Below, in pieces: positions 38,426-48,054 of a stretch of 64,000 nucleotides of DNA. Position numbers and translations under genes: made by a program. Positions within the stretch are counted from its first letter, which is position 1. The number at the start of each line of letters is the position of its first letter. The notes below the pieces were generated by a model, which worked only from the letters and a program-made list of their open reading frames with translations, was not told the DNA's origin and searched no databases. This DNA is from Escherichia phage p000y: sequence record MK047718.1. One strand, 5' to 3'.

Positions 38426-39406
38426 ATGTTCAACGTTCAAATCAAAAAAGGTATCTATCGTAATAACGAAATCTCTGGATCTTATGTCGCCACAAAGACA
38501 TGGTTCCCAGCAAAGCTTAATCCTGAATGTTCCCACTTAGGTGATGGTAAAATTTTCGTTATGATTGATGGTTCTGAACGTGGAGTATGGGTCTTCAAAT
38601 CAGACATCGTAATGGAAGGAGTTGAGACATCACCAGTTGCAGTTGTTGAAAGCACTGAAGATATGAAAACTCGTATCAACAAACGCTTTAAAGTAATGAA
38701 CATGATGACGAATGGCATTATCGATGGCAAAATTCGTTCACTCATCATTTCAGGTGCAGCCGGTATTGGTAAGACGTATTCTCTGGATAAAGCACTTAAT
38801 AATGCTAATGATAATGGTTTCATCAAATACAAAAGCATTAATGGTAAAATCTCTGGTATCGGCCTTTACGAACAACTTTGGCTCAACCGTGATGCAGACA
38901 GCGTTCTCTTAATCGACGATGTTGATGTATTCTCTGATATGGATATCTTGAACCTTCTTAAAGCAGCATTAGATACCGGAGATAAACGCAAAGTTTGTTG
39001 GAGCACTGCGTCATCTTATCTTGATGATAAGGGTATTGATAAAGAATTTGAGTTTGAAGGTACTATCGTTTTCATTACAAACGTTGATATCGATAAAGAG
39101 TTAGAACGTGGTTCGAAACTTGCCCCACACCTTCAAGCTTTAGTATCTCGTTCAGTGTATCTCGACCTTGGAGTACACTCTAATGAAGAGATTATGGTTC
39201 GAGTTGAAGACGTAATATTATCTACTGACATGATGCAGAAACGTGGTCTGACTGATGCTGAAACGTACAAAGCATTGTCCTGGATGAAGGCTAACGTATC
39301 TCGTCTTCGCAATGTATCATTACGTACGGCTCTTTATGTAGCAGATTTTATTTCAACTGATAAAGATGGTTGGGAGGAAATCTCCGAAGTAACTTTACTG
39401 AAATAA
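38426..39406 (+). CDS. P-loop ATPase (AAA-like), hypothetical
   Basis: Walker A SGAAGIGKTYS and Walker B LLIDDVD; ATG 38426 inside track ORF 38405. Confidence 0.65.
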   Translation: MFNVQIKKGIYRNNEISGSYVATKTWFPAKLNPECSHLGDGKIFVMIDGSERGVWVFKSDIVMEGVETSPVAVVESTEDMKTRINKRFKVMNMMTNGIIDGKIRSLIISGAAGIGKTYSLDKALNNANDNGFIKYKSINGKISGIGLYEQLWLNRDADSVLLIDDVDVFSDMDILNLLKAALDTGDKRKVCWSTASSYLDDKGIDKEFEFEGTIVFITNVDIDKELERGSKLAPHLQALVSRSVYLDLGVHSNEEIMVRVEDVILSTDMMQKRGLTDAETYKALSWMKANVSRLRNVSLRTALYVADFISTDKDGWEEISEVTLLK

Positions 39407-39543
39407 GCTTATAGGAAGTTCTGAGGTAACAAAAGCCATAAAGATGAATAATCATATGGCTTACCTCAAAGAAGGACACCAGGAACCTACTGAGGGCATA
39501 GAAATATTTAAAATAATGATGTACAAATCAAAGAGGATATGTT

Positions 39544-39831
39544 ATGGATTTTATGCAAAAAATTAAAGCCGCAGTCGAACTCTATGCTCATCGTATAGTT
39601 AGTTCTACGATGCAATATAGCGAGGAGGTTCGCCAGGACTCTTCCTTGAAAGGAAAAACTAAAGCCTTAATTACCTTAGATCGTTTGCAAAAGAATGCCA
39701 TAGAGATGCTCCAGTACGACAAGGGTGTATATAAGAAAGAACAGGAAGAGAAACTTAAATCTGAAAAATTACAAAAAATCCCGAAGTCTGTTTGGTTCAG
39801 TGGAAAAAATACCGAAAAAAGTTTCTTTTAG
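39544..39831 (+). CDS. hypothetical protein
   Basis: 95-aa ORF. Confidence 0.55.
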   Translation: MDFMQKIKAAVELYAHRIVSSTMQYSEEVRQDSSLKGKTKALITLDRLQKNAIEMLQYDKGVYKKEQEEKLKSEKLQKIPKSVWFSGKNTEKSFF

Positions 39832-39834
39832 TTG

Positions 39835-39862
39835 TTTACAAGGTCTATGGTTATGTTATTAT
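39835..39862 (+). promoter_or_regulatory. early promoter (TTTACA, 16 nt, TATTAT)
   Basis: Read from sequence. Confidence 0.5.
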
Positions 39863-39889
39863 AGACCTATCAACTACTGGAGGTAAAAC

Positions 39890-40417
39890 ATGAACGCTAA
39901 AGATATTTTCAACCTGGTAAATTATAACGACGGTAAATTTAAATCTGAAGCACAAAGCAAGTTCTTTAACGATGTTGCTTATGGTAACGAGATTACCGTG
40001 GATGGAGGTCAGATTTTCAAATCTCGCTGGAATTGGATTGTTATCATCGATTCAGTTGGAATTGTGGAAGTCTACAAAAACACTAACAAAAAACGTACAT
40101 TATTCTGGTCTCGTGAAACTAACGAGCAGTACAAAAAGGATAAAGCATCTCGTTTATCCAAAGTAACCCAGGAAGATATCGACTTCATCAAGAAAGATAT
40201 CGAGATGTACGAAAATTTAATTGCTGAAGACCAGGCAGTACTCGATAAGTTTGATGAAATTAAAGCTTCTCGTGAAATCCCTGACTTCATGAAAGAAACA
40301 GTAAACGAACGATACGCTCTCACTTCAGAACGTATTGCAAACTACACAAAACAGAAAGCAGAACGTATTAGTACTCTTCGGAAATTTGAAGAACGTTTAA
40401 AGACGGTTCACGCATAA
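39890..40417 (+). CDS. hypothetical protein
   Basis: 175-aa ORF with GGAGG SD. Confidence 0.65.
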   Translation: MNAKDIFNLVNYNDGKFKSEAQSKFFNDVAYGNEITVDGGQIFKSRWNWIVIIDSVGIVEVYKNTNKKRTLFWSRETNEQYKKDKASRLSKVTQEDIDFIKKDIEMYENLIAEDQAVLDKFDEIKASREIPDFMKETVNERYALTSERIANYTKQKAERISTLRKFEERLKTVHA

Positions 40418-40479
40418 ACGCTTTACCCAAGGACGGGTTATAATGGTTTTGAGTTCCAATTCAATCTGAGGAAATAGTT

Positions 40480-41475
40480 ATGAGCATTACATCTGATGCG
40501 ATAAAACATGAAATTAACGGTTTATGTGCTTCACAGATTAAAGTGTGGTTTAAAGACCATAATGATCGCAGAGCGCTTAATTATGAACGAATTGCTATCC
40601 AAGTTCATCAATTACTGGTTAGTAAATTTGATTTTCATATGCCGTCTGAAATCTATACTAATCTACCGCAAGCGCTTATTAAAGCGTGTAAAGGCTACGG
40701 AAAATCAATGGCTGATGGAATCTTCAGCGCGCTGAATAAACTTAACGTTCTGTCGATGATTAACTCTAACAATATCCTGCGTAATCTAGGACGTACTGAT
40801 TTGTTCGGTCGTGAACAGTGTAAAATGCCTTTGAAATGGATTGTTGCTCATCTTAACGAGAACCAAACACGTTTTATGGCCGTAACAGCACGTTTACAAA
40901 TGGGCCTAGATCGTCAGATGAACTTTAAAACTCATCCACGTTATTCAGGTTCAACTGACTTTTATAAATGTGAGCTTCAAAAGATTGCAGGCAAAACTGT
41001 CTTAGTAGTTCGTGTAACGTTTGAAGGACGTCGTCAAGGATATTTTGACCTAATCGGCTCTGGTCTCAAACATTGTGGATTTATCGACGAAGTTGATATC
41101 AAGCGAGACGGCACTGGATACCGTATTGGGTATGTTTGTACTCTTAAAGAAGAGATTTCAGGACCAGCACCAGGACTAAAAGACGTTAGATATAAAGACG
41201 AGCTAGTTGAAGAAATAAAAGAAGTTGAATACGATATCAACCAAGAAGATGCTCTTAAAGACCTTATTGACGAACTAAACCAAGACGTTATTCCGGTTCA
41301 GAAATTTGAATCAAAACATGCTGAGCAAATCAAATACTTTGAAGCTTTGATTAACGAACTTAATGTAACTATTCAACAGACTGACGATGAAATCTCACGA
41401 TTAGCAGGCTTAAATGGTAAAAATAAAACAGAACGAGCTAATCTTATTCAAGTAGTAAAACTTCTTAAGGAATGA
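40480..41475 (+). CDS. hypothetical protein with C-terminal coiled coil
   Basis: 331-aa ORF. Confidence 0.65.
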   Translation: MSITSDAIKHEINGLCASQIKVWFKDHNDRRALNYERIAIQVHQLLVSKFDFHMPSEIYTNLPQALIKACKGYGKSMADGIFSALNKLNVLSMINSNNILRNLGRTDLFGREQCKMPLKWIVAHLNENQTRFMAVTARLQMGLDRQMNFKTHPRYSGSTDFYKCELQKIAGKTVLVVRVTFEGRRQGYFDLIGSGLKHCGFIDEVDIKRDGTGYRIGYVCTLKEEISGPAPGLKDVRYKDELVEEIKEVEYDINQEDALKDLIDELNQDVIPVQKFESKHAEQIKYFEALINELNVTIQQTDDEISRLAGLNGKNKTERANLIQVVKLLKE

Positions 41476-41504
41476 TGTACAACCAAGGATGGTTGGAGTA
41501 TAAT
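41476..41504 (+). promoter_or_regulatory. early promoter (TGTACA, 17 nt, TATAAT), copy A of duplicated promoter
   Basis: Spacer CCAAGGATGGTTGGAG identical to copy at 42496. Confidence 0.55.
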
Positions 41505-41530
41505 AAATTTTTCAACATGAGGAATATAAA

Positions 41531-42490
41531 ATGGCTTTTATTACACGTAGAGAACTTATCAAAGAATTTACCTCGAACGCATATACCCCAGGACCTAATC
41601 CTATCCGTATGCCTGTAAAGACTCCTGAAGAGATTGAGGAAATCTGTTCATATTATGGGATTACTTCTCGTAAGTTTACTCAATTTGAATGCGTTACTAA
41701 CACACCCGTTAAAGAGTTCATTAAAAATGGTGAGTTCAGCCGTTTATTAGCCAAACAGAAACTTCGTAATTTTTGTATCGGCGGTGAAGGACAATATTTC
41801 GCTAAACAGTTCCGAAATAACCTTAACAATCTGATGGCCATTGCTTCTCGTATTCGTCCTCAAGCAATTAACATGAAACATTTGAAATATACTTATGATA
41901 AGTTAGAAATCATGGTTATCAGTGAGAATGAGTTCACTCTTACATATAAACCTAAGAATGATAACGTTGCTCGTGTATTCCACCAAGCGTTGGAAGTTTT
42001 AGGTGATAATATCCACCAGATTAAAGCGATTTATTCTCGTGAGCTTAATATTATCAACCCTATCAAGAATAAGGGCCATATCGCTATCCAGGCTCGTGTA
42101 TCTATTGGTAAAAAGGTTCCTGCGCCGTGGTGGCACAAAGACTCTGAATACTATCAAAATCTTAAAAAGGAAAATGCAACGTTTGAAGCATCGCTTACTG
42201 GGACCCCAATTGAACAGGCCGAAGTCCTAAGTGCTTATTCTACTTCGGGTAAATCAATGTTTAAAGGTTTGCCAAATGTGTGCAAACTGTCTGCAGTAAA
42301 ACTAAATGTTTCTAATGACCTTCTTCCGGCCGAAGATTACCATTACAATCAAATCAAGGCCACTATGGACCAACTGTCTGTTGAACTTGACAAAGCACAA
42401 GCTAAGCTTCGTGATGCTCAACAAGTAGTTACCAATCTCCAGTTGCAGTACTCTAAACTTTTTAACGCAATGAATGCATTAAAATCATAA
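41531..42490 (+). CDS. hypothetical protein with C-terminal coiled coil
   Basis: 319-aa ORF. Confidence 0.65.
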   Translation: MAFITRRELIKEFTSNAYTPGPNPIRMPVKTPEEIEEICSYYGITSRKFTQFECVTNTPVKEFIKNGEFSRLLAKQKLRNFCIGGEGQYFAKQFRNNLNNLMAIASRIRPQAINMKHLKYTYDKLEIMVISENEFTLTYKPKNDNVARVFHQALEVLGDNIHQIKAIYSRELNIINPIKNKGHIAIQARVSIGKKVPAPWWHKDSEYYQNLKKENATFEASLTGTPIEQAEVLSAYSTSGKSMFKGLPNVCKLSAVKLNVSNDLLPAEDYHYNQIKATMDQLSVELDKAQAKLRDAQQVVTNLQLQYSKLFNAMNALKS

Positions 42491-42495
42491 ATCAG

Positions 42496-42524
42496 TTTAC
42501 AACCAAGGATGGTTGGAGTATAAT
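42496..42524 (+). promoter_or_regulatory. early promoter (TTTACA, 17 nt, TATAAT), copy B
   Basis: Near-identical to 41476-41504. Confidence 0.55.
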
Positions 42525-42552
42525 GAATCTATCTTAACGAGAGGAAAATATT

Positions 42553-43497
42553 ATGACACGTTCACATTACATTGATTATTTTGCAGGTCTTATCGCTAAT
42601 GTTCATGCCCAACGTGCTTCTGGTTCATTAGGATTTGATGTTCCACACCGAGATGTAGTAAGTGGTATTCTTCGCGATTTTGGTACATATACCGGCCAAG
42701 AAAATCATATCTGTAAAGATACTCAAAATGCGTATTCTCATTCATTAGGGACACTGCTTCAATGGTTCAAACGTTCTCGTTTATTATCTTCTACTGTAGC
42801 TCGCGATAACATTAAAAACTTTATGAAACCGAGCTTTATTAAATCTGTGACATCTAAAACCGATTTGGTTGAATTCACTATTGTTAATGATGTTAAAAAG
42901 ACTCATTTAGCTGATTGGTTATCTACCATTCCTGAAACTAAATTTGCTGATAAATTTGCTTGTGAATTCAATAACCAAGTGAATATGCTTTTTAAACATT
43001 CTCGTAAATTATTCACTGGCGGTGATGGTCGTACAAATAAAGTTCATGTTAAAGATTGGGTTACTGCAGTATTCAAACCAACCGGTAATGGTAACGCATC
43101 ATTATCAATTGATATCCAGGTTCCTTATTACTACTCACGTAATCTCGGTACCATGAAAGCCGAAGAAATTAAGAAGCACAATAAAACCGTTCGTTCGCTG
43201 TCTTATAAACTTCGTATGATGTTACAGACTATGGATGTTGTTGAAATGTTCGACGAAACCGAAGATAACGGTTCAATGTTATTCAGTTCTCGAATTAAAA
43301 TTAAACTGAAGAACCCTAATGTGTTTAAGCCTATTAAAGAACCTAAAGCAGAAAAGGTTGATATCATGGCTGAAGAACGTGAGTACCTCAAATCTCGTCT
43401 GAAAGAAGTCGAAGCCCAGATTGCAGAACAAACTAAATCGTTAAAAGCTCTGAATGCGAAAGCGGATGGTTTACGAAATGCCATTGAGGTGTTATAA
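42553..43497 (+). CDS. hypothetical protein with C-terminal coiled coil
   Basis: 314-aa ORF. Confidence 0.65.
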   Translation: MTRSHYIDYFAGLIANVHAQRASGSLGFDVPHRDVVSGILRDFGTYTGQENHICKDTQNAYSHSLGTLLQWFKRSRLLSSTVARDNIKNFMKPSFIKSVTSKTDLVEFTIVNDVKKTHLADWLSTIPETKFADKFACEFNNQVNMLFKHSRKLFTGGDGRTNKVHVKDWVTAVFKPTGNGNASLSIDIQVPYYYSRNLGTMKAEEIKKHNKTVRSLSYKLRMMLQTMDVVEMFDETEDNGSMLFSSRIKIKLKNPNVFKPIKEPKAEKVDIMAEEREYLKSRLKEVEAQIAEQTKSLKALNAKADGLRNAIEVL

Positions 43498-43802
43498 TGA
43501 AACTACGTCTTCTAGAGGATATTGATATGAGCACTAATCATGGCTTGGTTAAGTTTATTGACGATAGTTCAAAGATTGAATTTGTTCAGCGAGATAAAAT
43601 CCACGGTGAAGAAGAGTTCGTTCCTCCGGCATGGAACGAAATAATGAAAATGGTTGAACGACGTGAAAATGCTGCCAAATCGGCAGCAAAACATCCATGC
43701 CCGGAATGTGGAACTATCCAAGTCCAACTGGTTAACTGGACCACTGATAACTTGAAATTGAAATGCCGTAAATGCTTCCACAAATTTGAGAGAACATTAT
43801 AA
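43497..43802 (+). CDS. zinc-ribbon protein, hypothetical
   Basis: CPEC...CRKC motif pair; start may be internal ATG. Confidence 0.55.
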   Translation: MKLRLLEDIDMSTNHGLVKFIDDSSKIEFVQRDKIHGEEEFVPPAWNEIMKMVERRENAAKSAAKHPCPECGTIQVQLVNWTTDNLKLKCRKCFHKFERTL

Positions 43803-44215
43803 TGAGATATAGCCTTCGTTGTTTTATCGCAGCTTTAGTTTTTGCTATTATTCCATTCATTTGGAACAGCCAGAATACTTACATGGAAACTAAAGTAATT
43901 CCTGTGGAGGTAGTGGAATTAATCTCAGGTCAATCTACAGGAAAATATTCTAAATTAGAATTTATTGCAGTCTATAAAGATGAGCAAGGACGAGTTTTTG
44001 ACAGGCATGTATCACCATCGTTTTATACGCTTCTGAATAAAGGTGATACGATAGCTATAGAAATTCGTGAGATGGATATCAAACAAACTACTAAAGATAA
44101 CTTGATTTGGTTCTTTGGTACGGTGTTGTTGGTTTCTATCTGTATCACAGGTTTTATTACATGTATTGTATTTGGCATTGCATATTTAATCGATGAAAGG
44201 AAAAATAATGTTTAA
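43802..44215 (+). CDS. membrane protein, hypothetical
   Basis: 137 aa, N- and C-terminal hydrophobic helices. Confidence 0.6.
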   Translation: MRYSLRCFIAALVFAIIPFIWNSQNTYMETKVIPVEVVELISGQSTGKYSKLEFIAVYKDEQGRVFDRHVSPSFYTLLNKGDTIAIEIREMDIKQTTKDNLIWFFGTVLLVSICITGFITCIVFGIAYLIDERKNNV

Positions 44216-44471
44216 AGTGTACGGGTACGACTCTACTATTCATAAATGCATTTATTGTGATAATGCGAAACGATTGCTGACTGTTAAGAAACAGCCATTT
44301 GAATTCATTAATGTTATGCCAGAAAAAGGTGTTTTTGATGATGAGAAAATTGCTGAGCTTCTGGTTAAGCTTGGACGTGAATCACAAGTCGGATTGACTA
44401 TGCCCCAAGTGTTTGCTCCTGATGGAACTTCGATTGGTGGCTTTGACCAACTACGAGAATATTTTAAATGA
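44208..44471 (+). CDS. nrdC: glutaredoxin NrdC
   Basis: MFKVYGYDSTIHKCIYCDNAKRLL... near-identical to T4 NrdC by recall; 87 aa. Confidence 0.92.
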   Translation: MFKVYGYDSTIHKCIYCDNAKRLLTVKKQPFEFINVMPEKGVFDDEKIAELLVKLGRESQVGLTMPQVFAPDGTSIGGFDQLREYFK

Positions 44472-44824
44472 CATATTCATTAAATCTTAAAGATTTCCAA
44501 GATGTATACGAAGTTTGTGCCAATGAACTTGGTCCTGATGCTCCAACTATTATTGAAGTTTTAAATGTGCTCCCTTCGTCATTAGCTTACGAAGCCAAAT
44601 CATGGGGTTGGAACGACACTGTCGTTCGTGATGACCTTTACGTCCTGATGAACGATATGATGGTTAAAAAGGCAGAACCGGTTGCACCAATGGTTACCAT
44701 TACCGTTGAAGAATATAATCGCCTGCAAGCCATTGAAGAGCTTCTGTGGAACATTGAATGTGACCTGCCATCAGGGCTAGAATCCTGGATTGATTATGAA
44801 GAGCTCAATAAACTCCGGGGTTAA
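44468..44824 (+). CDS. hypothetical protein
   Basis: 118-aa ORF. Confidence 0.6.
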   Translation: MTYSLNLKDFQDVYEVCANELGPDAPTIIEVLNVLPSSLAYEAKSWGWNDTVVRDDLYVLMNDMMVKKAEPVAPMVTITVEEYNRLQAIEELLWNIECDLPSGLESWIDYEELNKLRG

Positions 44825-44874
44825 ACCGTGGTATTCTGCTCGATGGGAGACTGTCGAGCCAGACGTCGAAACAG

Positions 44875-44903
44875 TTTACAACGACGAAGAAACATGTTAT
44901 GAT
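44875..44903 (+). promoter_or_regulatory. early promoter (TTTACA, 17 nt, TATGAT)
   Basis: Preceded by a short hairpin. Confidence 0.5.
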
Positions 44904-44952
44904 GAACCTTCAATAAATGAATTAATTGATATGGAGATGGGAAGAGATTATT

Positions 44953-45123
44953 ATGCAAGTTAAATTATTGTACCGTTTATTAAAAAATGGCAAGCACGAT
45001 TGGTATTTGCTTATTAAAACCGATCCGAATTTTTTCTCTGGGCAACCATTTACAGTTCGTCCTACTAAACGTCAGCTTCGCAAAGCTAAACGTTCTCATC
45101 GTAACTTTTATAGAGAATATTGA
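44953..45123 (+). CDS. small basic protein, paralog of 45548..45727
   Basis: C-terminal RPTKRQLRKAKRSHRNFYREY. Confidence 0.5.
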   Translation: MQVKLLYRLLKNGKHDWYLLIKTDPNFFSGQPFTVRPTKRQLRKAKRSHRNFYREY

Positions 45124-45124
45124 T

Positions 45125-45538
45125 ATGAATATTTCTGAAACTCGCGGTAAATGGTTCAAGATTGTTAAAGAAGATGAAGAACTACAAGTCAAGTTTCCTG
45201 AATTAAAGAAAGGAACAATCATCAAGGTAATTGGTACTACTACCGAAGATGGTTATGGCGACCATGGCATTATCGAAGTGATGTTGAACACAGGTGAGAA
45301 ACTTTGCATCTATGACCGTGATACTTGTCTTTGGTGCTTCTGGGAATCCCATTCAATAGATGAACTCGAAGAAATTGACCAAGTAGTTTGTGACAGTGAA
45401 CTTGGCAAATTTGAAGGTGAACGTATTTCTTATGCTTTAGCTAAATTAGCCGCCCAAGAAAATAATGACGGTTATGAAGGTAATCTGATGCAAGCCGCAG
45501 CGGAATACATTGAATATTTAGAAAGACGTTTAAGTTAA
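45125..45538 (+). CDS. hypothetical protein
   Basis: 137 aa; ATG 45125 inside track ORF 44987. Confidence 0.6.
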   Translation: MNISETRGKWFKIVKEDEELQVKFPELKKGTIIKVIGTTTEDGYGDHGIIEVMLNTGEKLCIYDRDTCLWCFWESHSIDELEEIDQVVCDSELGKFEGERISYALAKLAAQENNDGYEGNLMQAAAEYIEYLERRLS

Positions 45539-45547
45539 AGGTTTATT

Positions 45548-45727
45548 ATGAAAACTGAATTATTTTATGGTGAAAGAAAAAATGGGCAAAAATCCTGGAA
45601 ATTTATTATGATTGGGGCCCCAAACAATCCAAATATGAGGACTTCAATTATTTCAGTAACACGTCCTACTAAGAAAATGATTCGTCAATATAAACGTTTT
45701 CATCGAGACTTTTATAACGTTTACTAA
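45548..45727 (+). CDS. small basic protein (59 aa), paralog of 44953..45123
   Basis: Below track cutoff; C-terminal RPTKKMIRQYKRFHRDFYNVY. Confidence 0.45.
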   Translation: MKTELFYGERKNGQKSWKFIMIGAPNNPNMRTSIISVTRPTKKMIRQYKRFHRDFYNVY

Positions 45728-45729
45728 AT

Positions 45730-45737
45730 TATAAATA
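45730..45737 (+). promoter_or_regulatory. late promoter TATAAATA upstream of gene 49
   Basis: Exact TATAAATA 30 nt upstream of the ATG. Confidence 0.6.
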
Positions 45738-45766
45738 CCCTTATCTATTTAAGGTAAGGGTTTATC

Positions 45767-46240
45767 ATGTTATTATCAGGCGCAAAATATAAAGAAGAAA
45801 AACAAAAATTTTATGATGCACAGAACGGTAAGTGTCCTATTTGCCACCGTGAATTAGACCCTGATGTTCAAGGTAACCATCTTGACCATGACCACGAATT
45901 AAATGGGCCAAAAGCCGGTAGAGTTCGTGGATTACTCTGTAATCTGTGCAACGCAGCAGAAGGTCAAATGAAGCATAAGTTCAACCGTTCCGGTTTGAAA
46001 GGTCAAAACGTTGACTACTTAGAATGGCTTGAAGCTCTTCTTGCTTATTTGAAACAAGATTATTCTGATAATAATATCCATCCTAATTTTGTTCCAGACA
46101 AAACTAAAGAGTTCTCAAGACTAGGTAAAGAGGAAATGATGGCCGAGATGCTTCAAAGAGGATTTGAATATAATGAATCTGATACTAAAACACAATTAAT
46201 AGCTTCATTCAAAAAGCAACTTAGAAAGAGTTTAAAATGA
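45767..46240 (+). CDS. 49: endonuclease VII (Holliday junction resolvase) gp49
   Basis: 157 aa; near-identical to T4 EndoVII by recall (CPICHRELDP...HLDHDHELNGPKAG). Confidence 0.93.
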   Translation: MLLSGAKYKEEKQKFYDAQNGKCPICHRELDPDVQGNHLDHDHELNGPKAGRVRGLLCNLCNAAEGQMKHKFNRSGLKGQNVDYLEWLEALLAYLKQDYSDNNIHPNFVPDKTKEFSRLGKEEMMAEMLQRGFEYNESDTKTQLIASFKKQLRKSLK

Positions 46241-48054
46241 AAATTGAAAAAGAAATTGAAGGATTAATTCGTAAAACTAATAAAGATCTTTTGAACGAGA
46301 ATGCTAATAAAGATTCTCGTGTTTTTCCAACTCAACGGGACCTTATGGCTGGTATTGTGTCTAAGCACATTGCCAAAAATATGGTCCCGTCTTTTATTAT
46401 GAAAGCGCATGAAAGTGGAATTATCCATTTTCATGATATTGATTATTCCCCTGCTCTTCCATTTACTAATTGCTGTTTAGTAGATTTAAAAGGAATGCTT
46501 GAGAACGGGTTTAAGCTTGGTAATGCGCAGATTGAAACACCTAAATCAATCGGTGTTGCTACTGCAATTATGGCACAAATTACTGCGCAAGTTGCTTCTC
46601 ATCAATATGGCGGAACGACTTTTGCGAATGTAGATAAAGTACTTTCTCCTTATGTTAAACGCACCTATGCAAAACATATCGAGGACGCGGAAAAATGGCA
46701 AATCGCTGATGCACTGAATTATGCTCAATCTAAAACAGAAAAAGATGTATATGATGCATTCCAAGCTTATGAATATGAAGTAAATACTCTCTTTAGTTCA
46801 AACGGGCAAACGCCTTTTGTAACGATTACATTTGGTACAGGAACTGACTGGGCTGAGCGAATGATTCAGAAGGCAATTCTTAAAAACCGCATTAAAGGTC
46901 TCGGCCGTGATGGAATAACTCCTATTTTCCCTAAGCTTGTTATGTTCGTTGAAGAAGGCGTTAATCTTTACAAAGACGATCCGAACTATGATATTAAACA
47001 GCTTGCTCTAGAGTGCGCAAGCAAAAGGATGTATCCTGATATTATTTCAGCTAAGAATAATAAAGCTATCACCGGTTCATCTATTCCTGTTTCTCCGATG
47101 GGTTGCCGTAGTTTCTTGAGCGTATGGAAAGATTCGACTGGTAATGAAATTCTTGATGGACGTAATAATCTTGGTGTTGTAACGCTGAATCTTCCTCGCA
47201 TTGCGTTAGATTCTTATATTGGAACACAATTTAACGAACAGAAATTTGTTGAATTATTCAATGAACGAATGGATTTGTGTTTTGAAGCTTTGATGTGTAG
47301 AATTAGTTCTTTAAAAGGAGTTAAAGCAACTGTTGCTCCTATTCTTTACCAAGAAGGTGCATTCGGGGTTCGTCTTAAACCGGATGATGATATAATTGAG
47401 TTATTTAAAAACGGTAGAAGTTCAGTGTCCCTAGGATACATTGGTATTCACGAATTGAATATTCTTGTTGGTCGTGATATTGGACAAGAAATTTTATCTA
47501 AAATGAATGCTCGTCTTAAGCAGTGGACTGAAAGAACCGGATTTGCTTTTAGCTTGTATTCTACTCCTGCTGAAAACTTGTGTTATCGCTTCTGTAAACT
47601 TGATACCGAAAAATATGGAAGTGTAAAGGATGTTACTGATAAAGGCTGGTACACTAACAGTTTCCATGTTTCAGTAGAAGAAAATATTACTCCGTTTGAA
47701 AAGATTTCCCGCGAAGCCCCATATCATTTCATTGCGACAGGTGGTCACATTTCTTATGTTGAACTTCCTGATATGAAAAATAACCTAAAAGGTCTTGAGG
47801 CTGTATGGGATTATGCTGCACAACATTTAGATTATTTTGGTGTTAATATGCCAGTAGATAAATGTTTTACATGTGGAAGTACCCATGAAATGACTCCGAC
47901 TGAAAACGGATTTGTTTGTTCAGTTTGTGGAGAAACTGATCCTAAAAAGATGAACACAATAAGAAGAACATGCGGCTACCTGGGAAATCCGAACGAACGC
48001 GGATTTAATCTCGGTAAAAATAAAGAAATAATGCATAGGGTTAAACACCAATGA
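46237..48054 (+). CDS. nrdD: anaerobic ribonucleoside-triphosphate reductase NrdD
   Basis: 605 aa as T4 NrdD; C-terminal glycyl-radical and Cys-cluster region; uninterrupted. Confidence 0.93.
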   Translation: MKIEKEIEGLIRKTNKDLLNENANKDSRVFPTQRDLMAGIVSKHIAKNMVPSFIMKAHESGIIHFHDIDYSPALPFTNCCLVDLKGMLENGFKLGNAQIETPKSIGVATAIMAQITAQVASHQYGGTTFANVDKVLSPYVKRTYAKHIEDAEKWQIADALNYAQSKTEKDVYDAFQAYEYEVNTLFSSNGQTPFVTITFGTGTDWAERMIQKAILKNRIKGLGRDGITPIFPKLVMFVEEGVNLYKDDPNYDIKQLALECASKRMYPDIISAKNNKAITGSSIPVSPMGCRSFLSVWKDSTGNEILDGRNNLGVVTLNLPRIALDSYIGTQFNEQKFVELFNERMDLCFEALMCRISSLKGVKATVAPILYQEGAFGVRLKPDDDIIELFKNGRSSVSLGYIGIHELNILVGRDIGQEILSKMNARLKQWTERTGFAFSLYSTPAENLCYRFCKLDTEKYGSVKDVTDKGWYTNSFHVSVEENITPFEKISREAPYHFIATGGHISYVELPDMKNNLKGLEAVWDYAAQHLDYFGVNMPVDKCFTCGSTHEMTPTENGFVCSVCGETDPKKMNTIRRTCGYLGNPNERGFNLGKNKEIMHRVKHQ

